NCBI GenBank assembly: GCA_963770895.1
Contig: CAVYRF010000002.1
Coordinates: 2,848,001 to 2,912,000, forward strand
Direction: 5' to 3'
DNA length: 64,000 nt
DNA from: an uncultured Acidobacteriota bacterium
Lineage (GTDB): Bacteria > Acidobacteriota > Thermoanaerobaculia > Multivoradales > UBA5704
Position numbers and translations under genes: made by a program. The notes beneath the pieces were generated by a model. That model saw nothing but the letters and a program-made list of their open reading frames with translations. It searched no databases and was not told where the DNA came from. Positions 38,570 through 49,274 of the stretch are shown piece by piece. Positions within the stretch are counted from its first letter, which is position 1; every line of letters starts with the position of its first letter.

Positions 38570-39601
38570 ATGTTGATCGTGATGAAGATGGATGCAGCGC
38601 CGGAGCAGGTCACCGGCGTGGTGCGCAAGATCGAGTCGCACGGCCTCAAGGCCCACCCCATCGCCGGCGCCCAGCGCACCGCCATCGGCATCACCGGCAA
38701 CATCGGCGTCGTGGACCGCGCGCTGTTCGCTTCCCTGCCGGGGGTGCTCGAAGTCATCCGGGTCAGCCACCCCTACAAGCTGGTGTCGCGCGAATTCCGG
38801 CCGCAGGACACGGTGGTGGAGATCGGCGGCGTGCGGATCGGCGGTCCGGAATTTGTCGTCATCGGCGGCCCCTGCTCGGTGGAAAGCTACGAGCAGACCC
38901 TGCGCATCGCCCAGAGCGTCAAGGCGGCGGGTGCGCGCCTGCTGCGCGGCGGCGCCTACAAGCCGCGCACCAGCCCCTACAGCTTTCAGGGGCTGGGTGA
39001 AGAGGGCTTGCGCATCCTGGCGCGCGTGCGCGCTGAAACCGGCCTGCCGGTGGTGACGGAAGCGACCGACATCGACGTGCTGGACCAGGTGGTCGAATAC
39101 GCCGACGCGGTGCAGATCGGCGCCCGCAACATGCAGAACTACACCCTGCTCAAACGCGTCGGGCGCTGCGCCCGGCCGGTGCTGCTCAAACGCGGCATGA
39201 CGGCGACGGTGACCGAGCTGCTGCTGGCCGCCGAATACATCCTGGACCAGGGCAACCCCAACGTGGTGCTGTGCGAACGCGGCATCCGCACCTTCGCCGA
39301 CCACAGCCGCAACACCCTGGACCTGACGGCGGTGCCGGTGGTCAAGCGCATCAGCCACCTGCCGATCATCACCGATCCCAGCCACGCCAGCGGCGACCGC
39401 GCGCGGGTGCTGCCGCTCGCCCGCGCTTCGGTGGCGGTGGGGGCGGACGGGGTGATGATCGAGGTCCACGATCATCCCGACCAGGCGCTCTCCGACGGCG
39501 ACCAGGCCCTGCTCCCCGAAGAGTTCGAGCGCCTGATGGCCGCGGTGCGCCTGCTGGCGCCGGCGGTGGACCGCAGCGTCCCGACCTATGCTGCCCGCTG
39601 A
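38570..39601 (+). CDS. aroF: DAHP synthase (type I-beta)
   Basis: [38 protein letters not shown]. Confidence 0.95.
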   Translation: MLIVMKMDAAPEQVTGVVRKIESHGLKAHPIAGAQRTAIGITGNIGVVDRALFASLPGVLEVIRVSHPYKLVSREFRPQDTVVEIGGVRIGGPEFVVIGGPCSVESYEQTLRIAQSVKAAGARLLRGGAYKPRTSPYSFQGLGEEGLRILARVRAETGLPVVTEATDIDVLDQVVEYADAVQIGARNMQNYTLLKRVGRCARPVLLKRGMTATVTELLLAAEYILDQGNPNVVLCERGIRTFADHSRNTLDLTAVPVVKRISHLPIITDPSHASGDRARVLPLARASVAVGADGVMIEVHDHPDQALSDGDQALLPEEFERLMAAVRLLAPAVDRSVPTYAAR

Positions 39602-40796
39602 GCGCGAGCGTTCCGGGCTGCTGGTCCTCGAAGACGGCAGCGTCTTCGAAGGCGCGGCCGCGGTCGCCGGCACGCGCTTCGGCGAGGTCGTCTTCAACAC
39701 CTCGATGACCGGCTATCAGGAGGTGCTGACCGACCCCTCCTACCGCGGCCAGATCGTCGTCATGACGCAGCCCCACATCGGCAACTACGGCACCGCGGCC
39801 GCCGTCGCCGAATCGGCGCGGCCCTGGGTGGAGGGCTTCGTCGCCCGCCAGTTCACCGGCCGCCCCTCCAACTTTGCCAGCGACGAAGGCCTGCTGCCGT
39901 ACCTGGGCCGCTGGCAGGTGCCGGCGCTGCACGGCATCGACACCCGCGCCCTGGTGCGGCGGCTGCGCGATCGCGGGGCGCTGCGCGGCGTGATCACCTC
40001 GGAGCGCTCGACCGTCCAGCCCTTGCTGGCCGAGCTGGCCGACTTTCCCCTGATGGCCGGCCGCGCCCTGGTGGACGAAGTGACCACGGCGCGCCCCTAC
40101 CAGGTGCCGGCCGACGCGATCGCCGGGGCGGACCTGGCGAGCGGCGCGGCGGCGGCCCGCTGCCATCTGGCGGTCTACGACTTCGGCGTCAAGTCCAACA
40201 TCCTGCGGGCGCTGGCGCGGCGCGGCGCGCGCCTGACGGTGCTGCCGGCCCACACCCCGGCGCGCGACTGCCTGGCGCTCGGCGTCGACGGGGTGGTGCT
40301 GTCCAACGGCCCCGGCGACCCCGAGCCGCTGGTCGACATCGTCGCCGCGGTGCAGGAGCTGCTGGCGGCGCGCACGCCGGTGCTCGGCATCTGCCTGGGC
40401 CACCAGCTGCTGGGGCTGGCGCTGGGGGGGACGACGTTCAAGCTCAAGTTCGGCCACCACGGCGGCAACCAGCCGGTGCGCGACGTGCGCACGGGGCAGG
40501 TGGCGATCACCAGCCAGAACCACGGCTTCGCGGTGCGCGCCGAAACGCTGCCGGCCAGCTGCCAGGTGACCCAGCTGAACCTCAACGACGGCACCGTCGA
40601 AGGCTTCGACGTGGCCGGCTTCCCGGTCTACTCGGTGCAGTACCACCCCGAAGCGGCGCCCGGGCCGCACGACGCGGCCAGTCTGTTCGACCGCTTCTTG
40701 CACGCGGTCACTCCCGGCGCCGGCGGCGCCACGACCGCGCCCCACGCGCCAGATACCGCCGGCTCGCCCGGCGACCCGTCGCCGCACCCTTCATGA
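39588..40796 (+). CDS. carA: Carbamoyl-phosphate synthase small subunit
   Basis: [45 protein letters not shown]. Confidence 0.96.
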   Translation: MLPAERERSGLLVLEDGSVFEGAAAVAGTRFGEVVFNTSMTGYQEVLTDPSYRGQIVVMTQPHIGNYGTAAAVAESARPWVEGFVARQFTGRPSNFASDEGLLPYLGRWQVPALHGIDTRALVRRLRDRGALRGVITSERSTVQPLLAELADFPLMAGRALVDEVTTARPYQVPADAIAGADLASGAAAARCHLAVYDFGVKSNILRALARRGARLTVLPAHTPARDCLALGVDGVVLSNGPGDPEPLVDIVAAVQELLAARTPVLGICLGHQLLGLALGGTTFKLKFGHHGGNQPVRDVRTGQVAITSQNHGFAVRAETLPASCQVTQLNLNDGTVEGFDVAGFPVYSVQYHPEAAPGPHDAASLFDRFLHAVTPGAGGATTAPHAPDTAGSPGDPSPHPS

Positions 40797-42052
40797 GCGC
40801 CGGCGCGCCGGACCGCGGCGTGCCGCTCGCCAGGTCGCTGGTCTGGACGGTCGCCTGGCGCTTCCTGCGCGGTCGCGGCGCCGGCCGCAGCCGGCTGCTC
40901 GGCGGCACGGCGCGCGCCGCGCTGGCCGCCACGGCGCTGGGGGTGACGGCGATGGTGATCGCCATGGCGCTGATGACCGGCTATCGCGAGGACCTGCAGA
41001 GCAAGCTGATCCGCGGCAACGCCGCCGTCGTGGCCTATCCGCTGGAGTCCGGTGCCGCCGGCAGGCTGGACGCGGCGCATTGGAACCGCCTGCAGCGCAT
41101 CCCCGGCGTGCGCAAGGTCGGGCGGGTGGCCTACGGGCAGGGGTCGCTGGCCAGCGCCCGGCGCGGCGACGGCGTCGACGTGGTGCTGCGCGGCGTCGAA
41201 CCGGAAGGCGGCCAGCTGGGCGCCGGCGCGGCGGACCTGGCGCCGTCGGCGCAGGGCCTGCCGGGGGTGGTCATCGGCGCCGACCTGGCAAGCCGTCTGG
41301 ACGTGCATCCCGGGGAAGTGATGCGCCTGGTGGCGCTCGGCTTCGAGGAGGGGCGCCCGCGCTTCCGCTTCCTGAGCGTCGAGCTGCGCCGCACGTTCAG
41401 CACCGGCTTTGCCGAGTTCGACCGCAGCTGGGTGCTGCTCGATCGCTCGCGGGTGGAGCACGCCATGGGGCTGCGGGAATCGTCCGACCTGCTGGAGTTC
41501 ACCGTCGCCGACCCGGCGACGGCGCCGGCGATTGCCGAAAAGGTCTCGCGCGTGCTCGATTCGGGCTACGCGGTCACCGACTGGCAGCAGCTCAACCGCG
41601 AGCTGTTCACCGCCTTGCGCGTGCAGCAGGCGGCGCTCTTCGTGGTGCTCGGCCTGATCGTGCTGGTGTCGACCTTCAACGTCGCCTCGACCCTGGTGGT
41701 GCTGGTGCGCGAGCGGATGCGCGACATCGGCGTGCTGGGGGCGCTGGGCCTGGCGCCGGGACGCCTGCGCCTGGTCTTTCTGGCGTACGGCGGCATCCTG
41801 GGGAGCGCCGGCACCCTGCTCGGCGTCGCCGTGGGCTCGGCGGCGGCCTGGGTGCTGACGACGTTCCACCTCATCCACTTCGATTCGGACGTCGCGGCAA
41901 TCTACTTCATCAGCTTCGTGCCGTTCCGCGTCTCCGGCGGCGACCTGGCCGCCGTGGTGGGTTTCGCGCTCGCCGTCACCCTGCTCGCCTGCTGCGTGCC
42001 GGCCTGGCGCGCGGCGCGGGTGGACCCCTCGGCAGCCCTGCGCTACGAGTAG
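40793..42052 (+). CDS. LolC/E-like ABC permease
   Basis: Four TM helices, periplasmic MacB-type domain, [17 protein letters not shown]. Confidence 0.85.
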   Translation: MSAGAPDRGVPLARSLVWTVAWRFLRGRGAGRSRLLGGTARAALAATALGVTAMVIAMALMTGYREDLQSKLIRGNAAVVAYPLESGAAGRLDAAHWNRLQRIPGVRKVGRVAYGQGSLASARRGDGVDVVLRGVEPEGGQLGAGAADLAPSAQGLPGVVIGADLASRLDVHPGEVMRLVALGFEEGRPRFRFLSVELRRTFSTGFAEFDRSWVLLDRSRVEHAMGLRESSDLLEFTVADPATAPAIAEKVSRVLDSGYAVTDWQQLNRELFTALRVQQAALFVVLGLIVLVSTFNVASTLVVLVRERMRDIGVLGALGLAPGRLRLVFLAYGGILGSAGTLLGVAVGSAAAWVLTTFHLIHFDSDVAAIYFISFVPFRVSGGDLAAVVGFALAVTLLACCVPAWRAARVDPSAALRYE

Positions 42053-42177
42053 CGCCCGGCGGCCGCCCGCCGCCCGCCGCCCCCCGCCGTCGCCGGCCGG
42101 TCGGCTCCGGCCGCCCCGCTCCAGCCGCCTGGATGCCGATCCAAACACTTGATTCGCTTGCTGCGTATACCAATATG

Positions 42178-42249
42178 GAGCAGGCGAAAAAGACAATCTC
42201 CTCTCCACCTCCCTCCTCCAAGCCCCGCCCGACGCGGGGCCTTTTTTTG
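42178..42249 (+). ncRNA. Candidate small RNA with CU-rich anti-SD tract
   Basis: A/T-rich promoter-like segment upstream, CTCCTCTCCACCTCCCTCCTCC tract, then an intrinsic terminator; 5' end approximate. Confidence 0.35.
42222..42248 (+). terminator. Rho-independent terminator
   Basis: GCCCCGC-CCGAC-GCGGGGC followed by C and T7. Confidence 0.9.
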
Positions 42250-42333
42250 CTCGCCGCGGTCCACCGCGGCAGCCGGAGCGTGGCTCGGCAGCCCGCAGGG
42301 GTTCCCCGAGGAGGTCGTGCCGGTTGAGCGGGT

Positions 42334-42939
42334 CTAGTGAGATTGCGGGTTGGTGGAGGGCGCGGCCGGCGGTGTCGAGCGGTCGTTGTCGAGCGGCGAG
42401 AGCGGCGCGACGGCGGGCGGCTGCGGCGGGTGGAGGCGCCACCACCAGGGCCACTGCGCGGGCTTGAGCCTGCCCATCTGCCCCGGACCTTCCAGGGCCA
42501 GCCGGGACACCAGGTCGACGTAGCGCTGATCCTGGTCGGGAGTCAGCAGCGCCCGGCTGTCCAGCACGTTGGACACCACGGACTGTTCGAGGCCGAGGTA
42601 GATGCCGGCGCCCTCGCGCAGCAACTCGTCGAGGCGCGCCTGGTCGGGGTGCGGGCGGATCAGCTCGGCGCGCACCTCTTTGCGGATCTCGGGCAGGCGG
42701 ACGCGCGGCGCGGCGGTTTCGCTGAAGAACTGGCGCTGGCGCTCGATGAAGCGCCGCCGCGCGGGCCCTTCAAGCCCCAGGCGATCAGCCAGCTGCTGCA
42801 GCCGTCCGGCGGCCGCGGGGCGCAGCGCTTCCTGCTGGGTGCGGGCGACCGCCGGGCTGCTCAGCGCGAGGTCGATCAGCAGCCCCAGGTTGAGGCCGAC
42901 CGACAGCAGGAGCGCAAGCAGCGGCCACCAGCGCCTCAC
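42334..42939 (-). CDS. Periplasmic heavy-metal sensor / Spy-CpxP-ZraP family protein
   Basis: LLLSVGLNLGLL anchor, helical body, LLTPDQ motif; third gene of the ECF operon. Confidence 0.8.
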   Translation of the reverse strand: MRRWWPLLALLLSVGLNLGLLIDLALSSPAVARTQQEALRPAAAGRLQQLADRLGLEGPARRRFIERQRQFFSETAAPRVRLPEIRKEVRAELIRPHPDQARLDELLREGAGIYLGLEQSVVSNVLDSRALLTPDQDQRYVDLVSRLALEGPGQMGRLKPAQWPWWWRLHPPQPPAVAPLSPLDNDRSTPPAAPSTNPQSH

Positions 42940-43106
42940 CTAGTGCCCCGCACGGTTACTTCGTTTGCCATTCGCTTGCCCTCCACGCCCCTGGCTTCGT
43001 TGCGCCTCCTCGACATACGTTTCGACTATGCCTGCGTCGGCGGCGCCTCGCCAGGAACGGGGATGGCGGCGCGACTGACAAGCGGATTAACCGTGCGGGA
43101 CACTAG
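42940..43106. mobile_element. MITE-like element with CTAG at both ends and ~36-bp imperfect terminal inverted repeats
   Basis: CTAGTGCCCCGCACGGTTACTTCGTTTGCCATTCGC vs reverse complement of the right end CTAGTGTCCCGCACGGTTAATCCGCTTGTCAGTCGC (30/36); internal hairpins; no transposase. Confidence 0.85.
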
Positions 43107-43602
43107 TCGCCTCGGCGGGCGGCGCTGGCGGCGGATCGCCAGGGGCCGTGTCGAGCAGCGCCCAGTAGCTTTCGGCCAGCGCCGGCAACCCTGCCGCCTG
43201 GCCGCGGTCGTCTAGCGGCGGCCGCACTCCCAGGCCGGCGCCCAGCAGCAGGCCGGCGACGAGCGCCGCGGCGCCGGTGGCGCGCACCCACTTGGGGATG
43301 GCCGCCCAGCTGATCGGCGCGGTGCGGGACGCCGCGGCAGCCGCGTTTGCCGCCCGGATGTTGGCGGGGGGCAGGGGCGAGGGCACGGTGGCGCGGACGT
43401 GGGCCATCAGCCGGCCGCCGAAGCCCAGCGGCACCGGTGCCGCCGGCGGCTCCGTCAACCGCGTCCAGGTCGCCTCAAGCCGCCGGTAGCGGACCGCCAG
43501 GCCAGGATCGCGCCCGAGGCGGTCGCGCAACGCGCGCTCCCGCTCCGCCGGCAGTTCGCCGTGGAGCAGCCGCATCAGGTCCAAATCCGGGTCGTGCGTC
43601 AT
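43087..43602 (-). CDS. Membrane anti-sigma factor
   Basis: LMRLLHGEL.. N-terminus, one TM helix, directly downstream of the ECF sigma; last residues come from the MITE. Confidence 0.75.
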   Translation of the reverse strand: MTHDPDLDLMRLLHGELPAERERALRDRLGRDPGLAVRYRRLEATWTRLTEPPAAPVPLGFGGRLMAHVRATVPSPLPPANIRAANAAAAASRTAPISWAAIPKWVRATGAAALVAGLLLGAGLGVRPPLDDRGQAAGLPALAESYWALLDTAPGDPPPAPPAEATSVPHG

Positions 43603-43620
43603 GCCAGCCTTCTCTCCCGA

Positions 43621-44238
43621 TCATGAAACCCGCGGGGCGGCGGATTCCTGCGCCGCCTCGACGCGGCGCATGGCGCGGAACAGGCGGCTCTCCACCGCCC
43701 CCTCGGAGATCCCCAGGACTTCGGCGATCTGCCGGTAGGACATCCCTTCGAAGCGTGCCAGGACCAGCACCGCGCGCTGGTTGGGTGGCAGCTTGGCGAT
43801 GGCGCGCCGGGTGTCCTGCCAGCGCTGGCGCGCGGCGAGCACGGCGGCGGCGTCGGGGCTGCCGTCGGGCGGATCGAACGGCGCCGCGTCGCGCTCGTCC
43901 GCCGTCTCCCAGGGGACGAAACGCACCAGGCGCCGGCGGCGCAGCTTGTTGAGGCAGTGGTTGGTGGCGATGCGGTAGAGCCAGGTGTAGACCTGCCCCT
44001 GCGGGCGGAAGTCGGCGGCCTTGCGATAGGCCTTCAGGAACACCTCCTGCGCGGCGTCGCGGGCCTCCTCGGCATCGCCCAGCAGGCGCTCGCACAGCCG
44101 CAGCAGCCGTTCCTGGTGGGTTTCGACCAGCGAGGTGAATGCCTCGGTGTCGCCGGCCGCGACGCGGGCCAGGGCCTCCCAGCCCGGATCGGCCACCGGT
44201 TCCGGTCGCAGGTCGCTCACCATGTCAGCGCGGCCCAT
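43621..44238 (-). CDS. ECF RNA polymerase sigma factor
   Basis: DAAQEVFLKAY, TWLYRIATN, MSYRQIAEVLGISEGAVESRLFRA. Confidence 0.95.
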   Translation of the reverse strand: MGRADMVSDLRPEPVADPGWEALARVAAGDTEAFTSLVETHQERLLRLCERLLGDAEEARDAAQEVFLKAYRKAADFRPQGQVYTWLYRIATNHCLNKLRRRRLVRFVPWETADERDAAPFDPPDGSPDAAAVLAARQRWQDTRRAIAKLPPNQRAVLVLARFEGMSYRQIAEVLGISEGAVESRLFRAMRRVEAAQESAAPRVS

Positions 44239-44273
44239 CCCATCGGCGGGCGGTTGATGGCAGAATCCCGCCT

Positions 44274-45461
44274 GTGATCGAACGCATCCAACGCTACCTC
44301 ACCGATCCGGCCAGCGCCTCGTTCGAGGAGCTGGCGCTCGCAGTCTTCGCCTACCAGTACGCCAACGTCGAACCCTACCGGCGCATGTGCGACAGCCGCG
44401 GCGCCACCCCCGGCACGATCGCCGACTGGCGCCAGGTGCCGCTGGTGCCGGCGGAAGCGTTCAAGCGGGTGCGGCTGGCTGCCGCGCCGCCGCAGGAGAT
44501 CTTCCGCAGCAGCGGCACGGCCGGCAGCCTTGCGGCTGGCGCCGCGCCGGTCGCTACCGGCGCCCCCGGCGACGGCGCGGCAGAGGCTGGTGACGGCTCG
44601 GGTGCCGCCAGCGCGCCGTCCGCCGATGCGCCGCCGGACGGCGGCCGCAGCGTCCACTACCATCCGTTCCCCGACCTCTACCGGCGCACCATCGACGCCA
44701 GTTTTCCGATGTACTGCCTCCCCCGCACGGGCGGCGACCTGCGCTTCCCGATGCTGTCGCTGGTGCCGTCGCGCGCGCAGCTGCCGGACTCCAGCCTGTC
44801 GTTCATGATCGATCATGTGCTGACCCGATTCGGTGCCTCCGGCAGCGTCGTGGCCTGCGGCAAGCGCGGCGTCGAAGCCGTGCCGGCCCGTTCGTGGGCC
44901 GCGGTGCAGCAGCGGGCCGGCGCCCCGGCGGTGGTGCTGACCACCTCCCTGGCGCTGTCGCAGTGGCTCGACGCACTCGAACGGCAGGATTTGCGCTTCC
45001 GCCTGCCAGCCGGCAGCGCGGTGTTCGAGACCGGCGGTTTCAAAGGTCGTGCCGGGGAGGTCTCGGTGGCGCGCGAGCGGGTGCGCCTGGCGCAGCGGCT
45101 GGGGGTGCCGTCGCACGCCGTGGTGCGCGAATACGGCATGACCGAGCTGACCAGCCAGTGCTACACGCGCGTCCTGCAGGGGAGCGATCCCGACCACTTC
45201 GTGGCGCCGCACTGGGTGCGCGTGCGGGTCCTCGACCCCGCCACGCTGACCGAAGCAAAGCACGGCGCGCCGGGCCTCCTCGCGATCTTCGACCTGGCCA
45301 ACCTGGGTTCGGCGGCGCACCTGCTGACCGCCGACATGGGCGAGGCGGAGGGGGAGGGCTTCCGGCTGCTCGGCCGCGCCGCCGGCGCCGAGCTGCGCGG
45401 CTGCTCGCTCACCGCCGAAGAGCTGTTTGCCGCCGGCGACCCCGGCGCCGCCGCCGGCTGA
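44274..45461 (+). CDS. LuxE-like acyl-protein synthetase
   Basis: FRSSGT, ETGGFKGR, EYGMTELTSQ, LLGRAAGAELRGCS. Confidence 0.85.
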   Translation: MIERIQRYLTDPASASFEELALAVFAYQYANVEPYRRMCDSRGATPGTIADWRQVPLVPAEAFKRVRLAAAPPQEIFRSSGTAGSLAAGAAPVATGAPGDGAAEAGDGSGAASAPSADAPPDGGRSVHYHPFPDLYRRTIDASFPMYCLPRTGGDLRFPMLSLVPSRAQLPDSSLSFMIDHVLTRFGASGSVVACGKRGVEAVPARSWAAVQQRAGAPAVVLTTSLALSQWLDALERQDLRFRLPAGSAVFETGGFKGRAGEVSVARERVRLAQRLGVPSHAVVREYGMTELTSQCYTRVLQGSDPDHFVAPHWVRVRVLDPATLTEAKHGAPGLLAIFDLANLGSAAHLLTADMGEAEGEGFRLLGRAAGAELRGCSLTAEELFAAGDPGAAAG

Positions 45462-45478
45462 AGCCCGCCGGCGGCCGC

Positions 45479-47455
45479 TCAAGCCGCCGGACCCGACGCG
45501 ATCGGGGCGGCCAGACAGGCCTCGGGGATGCCCCAGGCGTCCACCAGAGGCAACGCCAGCGTCCTTAGCTGGCCGCACAGGCGATCCACCTGGCGGCGCA
45601 CCGCCTTGGCCTGCACCGGCTCCATGTGGCCGCTCTCCAGAAACCAGGCGGCGTCGGCTTCGATGCGCGACAGGGCAAAGAGGTCGCGCAGCGCGGTCAG
45701 CGCCGGCCCGCAGCCGTCCGCCGCGGGCGGCTGCCCGCCGTCGGCCGGCGCCCCGTTCGCGGCATCGGCAGCGGTGGCGTCGGCGGCATCGGCGATGCCT
45801 TCGGCGACGATCCGCTCGGCGTAGGCATGGCCCAGGGCCAGCAGATGGGTCTGGCACTGGTTGAAGGCGGCCAGCGGGGTGGCGCCCTGGGCGATGGCGT
45901 GCTGCAGCCGCCGCGCCACGCTCGCCAGCAGGTGCTCCTCGCGCAGCCGCAGCAGGCCCGCCTGGAACTGCGGGTCGCACAGGTGCTCGGGATCGGTGCG
46001 GCGGTTGGCGATCGGGTTGCGCTCGGCGAGCGCGGCGGCGGCGCGCTCGGCGGCGTAAAGGCCGAGCGAGATGAAATTCATGTGGCCCAGGTGCTCGCGG
46101 TGGGAGCTGAGCAGGCCCTTGGCCACCTGTTGCAGCAGCACCGTGTTGTCGCCCTCGAAGGTGGTGTAGATGTCGGCGTCGCCCCGCAGCAGCGGCAACC
46201 GGTTGGCGGTCAGGTACCCCTGGCCGCCGCAGCACTCGCGGCAGGTCTGCAGGGTGGCGACCGCATGCCACGAAGCGTACGCCTTGAGCGCCGCGGCCAG
46301 CCCCTCGACCTCGCGCGTCTCCGTCTCGCCGGCCTCGCTGCGGGCGAGGAAGCGGGCGACCAGCCGCTTGTGGGCGAAGTCGAGCGCGTAGGTGACGGCG
46401 AGCGGCGGCAGCAGGCGGCGCTGGTGGGACGGGTAGTCGAGCAGCGCCAGCTCCGCCTCGCCCGGCGGCCCGAACTGGTGGCGGCTGCTGCCGTAGCGCA
46501 GGGCGATGGCCAGCCCCGACTTGGCCGCCGAGACCGCGGCGGCGGCGACGCTGATGCGGCCGCCGATCAGCGTCCCCAGCATGGTGAAGAAGCGCCGGGC
46601 CGGGCTGGCGATGGGGCTGGTGTAGGTGCCGTCCGGCGCCACCGCGGCAAAGCGGTCAAGCAGGTTGTCGCGCGGCACCCGCACCCGCGCAAAGCTGATG
46701 CGGCCGTTGTCGACGCCGTTGAGACCCCCCTTGTCGCCGCAGTCGGCCAGGGTGACGCCGGGCGCCGGGGTGCCGGCGTCGTCGCGGATCGGCACCACGA
46801 AGGCGTGCACGCCGTGCGACGCGCCGCCGGTCTCGAGCTGCGCGAAGACCGTCGCCAGGCGGCCGTGGCGCGCCGCGTTGCCGATCCAGTCCTTGCGGTC
46901 CAGCGGCCGCGGGGTGTCGATCTCGAACTCGCCCGCCGCGGCGTCGTAGCGCGCGACGGTGCCGATGTCCGCCACGTTCGAGCCGTGCAGCGTCTCCGAC
47001 ATGGCAAAGCAGCCCGGCAGCTCGAGCGTCCCCGCCGCGGGCAGGTAGGCCCGGTGGTGGCGCTCGGTTCCCAGCTGCAAAATGCTGCCGGCGAACAGGC
47101 CGAACTGCACGCCGAACTTCACCAGCAGGCTGCCGTCGTGCAGCGCCAGCGTCTCGAACGCGGCGATGAACGACCCCAGGTCGTCCTCGCCGCCCGCCTG
47201 GCGCGGCAGCGACAGCGCCCCGAAGCCGCGCCGCGCCAGCTCCCTGCACCAAGCCAGCACCTGCTCCCGATAGCGCTCGCGGTCGGCGAGCACGCCTTCG
47301 TCCACGTGGCGGAACCCCGGCTCGGCCAGCGTCGCCCGCATCCGCGCCCGCACCGCCCCGTAGGGCGCATCCAGCCGCTCGCGCAGCGCCGCCACGTCCA
47401 CCCGTATCACCCCCTCGGGCCGCGCCGCCGCCCCTGCCGCCTGGTCTGAAGACAT
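45479..47455 (-). CDS. Acyl-CoA oxidase/dehydrogenase
   Basis: GCFAMSETLHGSNV, KDWIGN, GLNGVDNG, RECCGGQGY, TFEGDNTVL. Confidence 0.9.
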   Translation of the reverse strand: MSSDQAAGAAARPEGVIRVDVAALRERLDAPYGAVRARMRATLAEPGFRHVDEGVLADRERYREQVLAWCRELARRGFGALSLPRQAGGEDDLGSFIAAFETLALHDGSLLVKFGVQFGLFAGSILQLGTERHHRAYLPAAGTLELPGCFAMSETLHGSNVADIGTVARYDAAAGEFEIDTPRPLDRKDWIGNAARHGRLATVFAQLETGGASHGVHAFVVPIRDDAGTPAPGVTLADCGDKGGLNGVDNGRISFARVRVPRDNLLDRFAAVAPDGTYTSPIASPARRFFTMLGTLIGGRISVAAAAVSAAKSGLAIALRYGSSRHQFGPPGEAELALLDYPSHQRRLLPPLAVTYALDFAHKRLVARFLARSEAGETETREVEGLAAALKAYASWHAVATLQTCRECCGGQGYLTANRLPLLRGDADIYTTFEGDNTVLLQQVAKGLLSSHREHLGHMNFISLGLYAAERAAAALAERNPIANRRTDPEHLCDPQFQAGLLRLREEHLLASVARRLQHAIAQGATPLAAFNQCQTHLLALGHAYAERIVAEGIADAADATAADAANGAPADGGQPPAADGCGPALTALRDLFALSRIEADAAWFLESGHMEPVQAKAVRRQVDRLCGQLRTLALPLVDAWGIPEACLAAPIASGPAA

Positions 47456-47656
47456 GCTCCCCCCGCGCCGTGCCGCGCCGTCCACCGGCCGGATGCCGGA
47501 TGCCCCGCCTCCACCCACCCGCGCTGTCGCTCGTCCGCTGCGATCAGTCTACTCCCGCGCGCCGTCGGCGATCGTCGCCGCCATCCGCGATCGGCCGCGA
47601 CCGTCTGCCCCTCTGGATGGCGGGCAGTTTTATTCTGAGGGCATAATCGCGGTCGC

Positions 47657-49147
47657 ATGGAGCGAGCCTTGGGAAGCGCCCTGCGCGACTACCAGCTGCC
47701 GGCGGCGGTCCGCCGGCCTGTGCTGTACCAGGCCGCGGCCGGCGGCGGCGCCTCCTACGTCGCCGCGCGTTGGAACGCGGCTGCGCTGGCGAATGTGGCG
47801 GCGGTGCTCGCCAGGGGTGCCGGCGCCCTGCAATCGGTGTCGGATCAGGAACTGCTGGATGCGTGGGCGGATACCGTGGAGGCGTTCCTGGACCCGCGTT
47901 CGCCCGAGCGGCGCGACCTGGCGCCGGCGCTGGCGGCGACCAGCAACCTGTCGCCGGCGGGTCTGGCGGCGGCCCTCGCGGCGGTGGTGGGAGGCGTGCG
48001 CCGCGAAGCCGCCGGTGCCGTGCTGCGCCGCGGCGCGGCCTTGCGCCAGGCGCCGCCCCGAGCGGCGGCCGCGGCGCGGCCGGGCTTTGCCGGCGGAGCG
48101 CCGGCGCTCGACGGTCCAAGGGCGGGCGCTGACGCCGACGCTCCCGTTCTGGTGATCCTGGCTTCCAACCTGCCGGGCCTGGCGGTGCAGCCGCTGCTGG
48201 CGGCGCTGGCGCTGCGGCGGCCGGTGCTGCTCAAGTCGTCTTCGGCGGAACCGCTGTTCGCGCCGGCATTTGTCGCCGCCCTGGCGCGGCGTGAGCCCTG
48301 CCTGGGCGAAGCCATCGCGGCGGTGACCTGGCGCGGCGGCGACGCGGACCTGGAAGCGCCGCTGCTGGCCGCGGTGGGTACGGTTGTCGCCTACGGCGAA
48401 GCCGCGACCGTGGCGGACCTGCGGCGGCGCGCGGCGGCACCGGTGGTCGCCTATGGCCCCAAGATGAGCCTGGCGGTGGTGGCGCCCGGCGGCGACGTCG
48501 ACCTGGCCGCGGTGGCGGCGGGTCTGGCACGTGACGTGGCCCTGCTGGACCAGCGCGGCTGCCTTTCGGTCGTCGCCGTCTACGTGAGTGGAGGCGCAGG
48601 TGCGGCATCTGCAACCGGTGTGGCCGCCGCAGGCAGCTCCCATGCCGCCGCCTCCGATCGTGATCGCGCTGGCGAAGCTGCGCTCCGGCTTGCCGCGGCG
48701 CTGCATGCGGCGCTGGCCGATCTGGCGGAGCTCTGGCCGCCGGGGGCGGCGCCGGTCGGCGCGCTGGCGGCGGTGCAGCACGCTCGCCTTAGCGGTGAGA
48801 TGGAGGGCGCGTGGAGCGTCCCGCCGGCAGGGTCACCGCTAGCGGCGCCGGCGGCCGGCACTGTCCTGGTGGAGCCGGACCCGCGGTTGCGACCGTCCCC
48901 CGGCTTGCGGACCGTGCGCGTCCATCCGCTGGCGGACCTGAACCACCTGCCTGGCATCCTGGCGCCGTGGACCGGCCGGCTGCAGGGCGCCGCGCTGGCC
49001 GGCGCCGCCGCCTGGGACCTGGTGCCCCGCCTGACTGAGCTGGGCCTGTCGCGGTTTGCCGCGCCCGGCGACCTGCAGGCCGCCGACGCTTCATGGCAGA
49101 ACGGCGGTGTCGACCTGCTCGCCGCGCTGGCCGCCCCGCAGCCCTGA
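47657..49147 (+). CDS. LuxC-like acyl-CoA reductase
   Basis: ILASNLP, LLKSSS, AYGPKMS, catalytic DQRGCLS. Confidence 0.85.
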   Translation: MERALGSALRDYQLPAAVRRPVLYQAAAGGGASYVAARWNAAALANVAAVLARGAGALQSVSDQELLDAWADTVEAFLDPRSPERRDLAPALAATSNLSPAGLAAALAAVVGGVRREAAGAVLRRGAALRQAPPRAAAAARPGFAGGAPALDGPRAGADADAPVLVILASNLPGLAVQPLLAALALRRPVLLKSSSAEPLFAPAFVAALARREPCLGEAIAAVTWRGGDADLEAPLLAAVGTVVAYGEAATVADLRRRAAAPVVAYGPKMSLAVVAPGGDVDLAAVAAGLARDVALLDQRGCLSVVAVYVSGGAGAASATGVAAAGSSHAAASDRDRAGEAALRLAAALHAALADLAELWPPGAAPVGALAAVQHARLSGEMEGAWSVPPAGSPLAAPAAGTVLVEPDPRLRPSPGLRTVRVHPLADLNHLPGILAPWTGRLQGAALAGAAAWDLVPRLTELGLSRFAAPGDLQAADASWQNGGVDLLAALAAPQP

Positions 49148-49274
49148 CCGCAAGCCCGGCCGACCGGCTTTGGATCATGCCGCGTTGCACCCGGCCGGGA
49201 GTGCCGGCCCAGGCGACAGCCCCGGCCGGCTTGCCGGGACTGCCAGGAAGGGCGGACAGCCCCGGCAGCGTCCT

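Noticed and set aside
39588-40796. carA without adjacent carB
   Set aside because: Split carA/carB arrangements are common in bacteria
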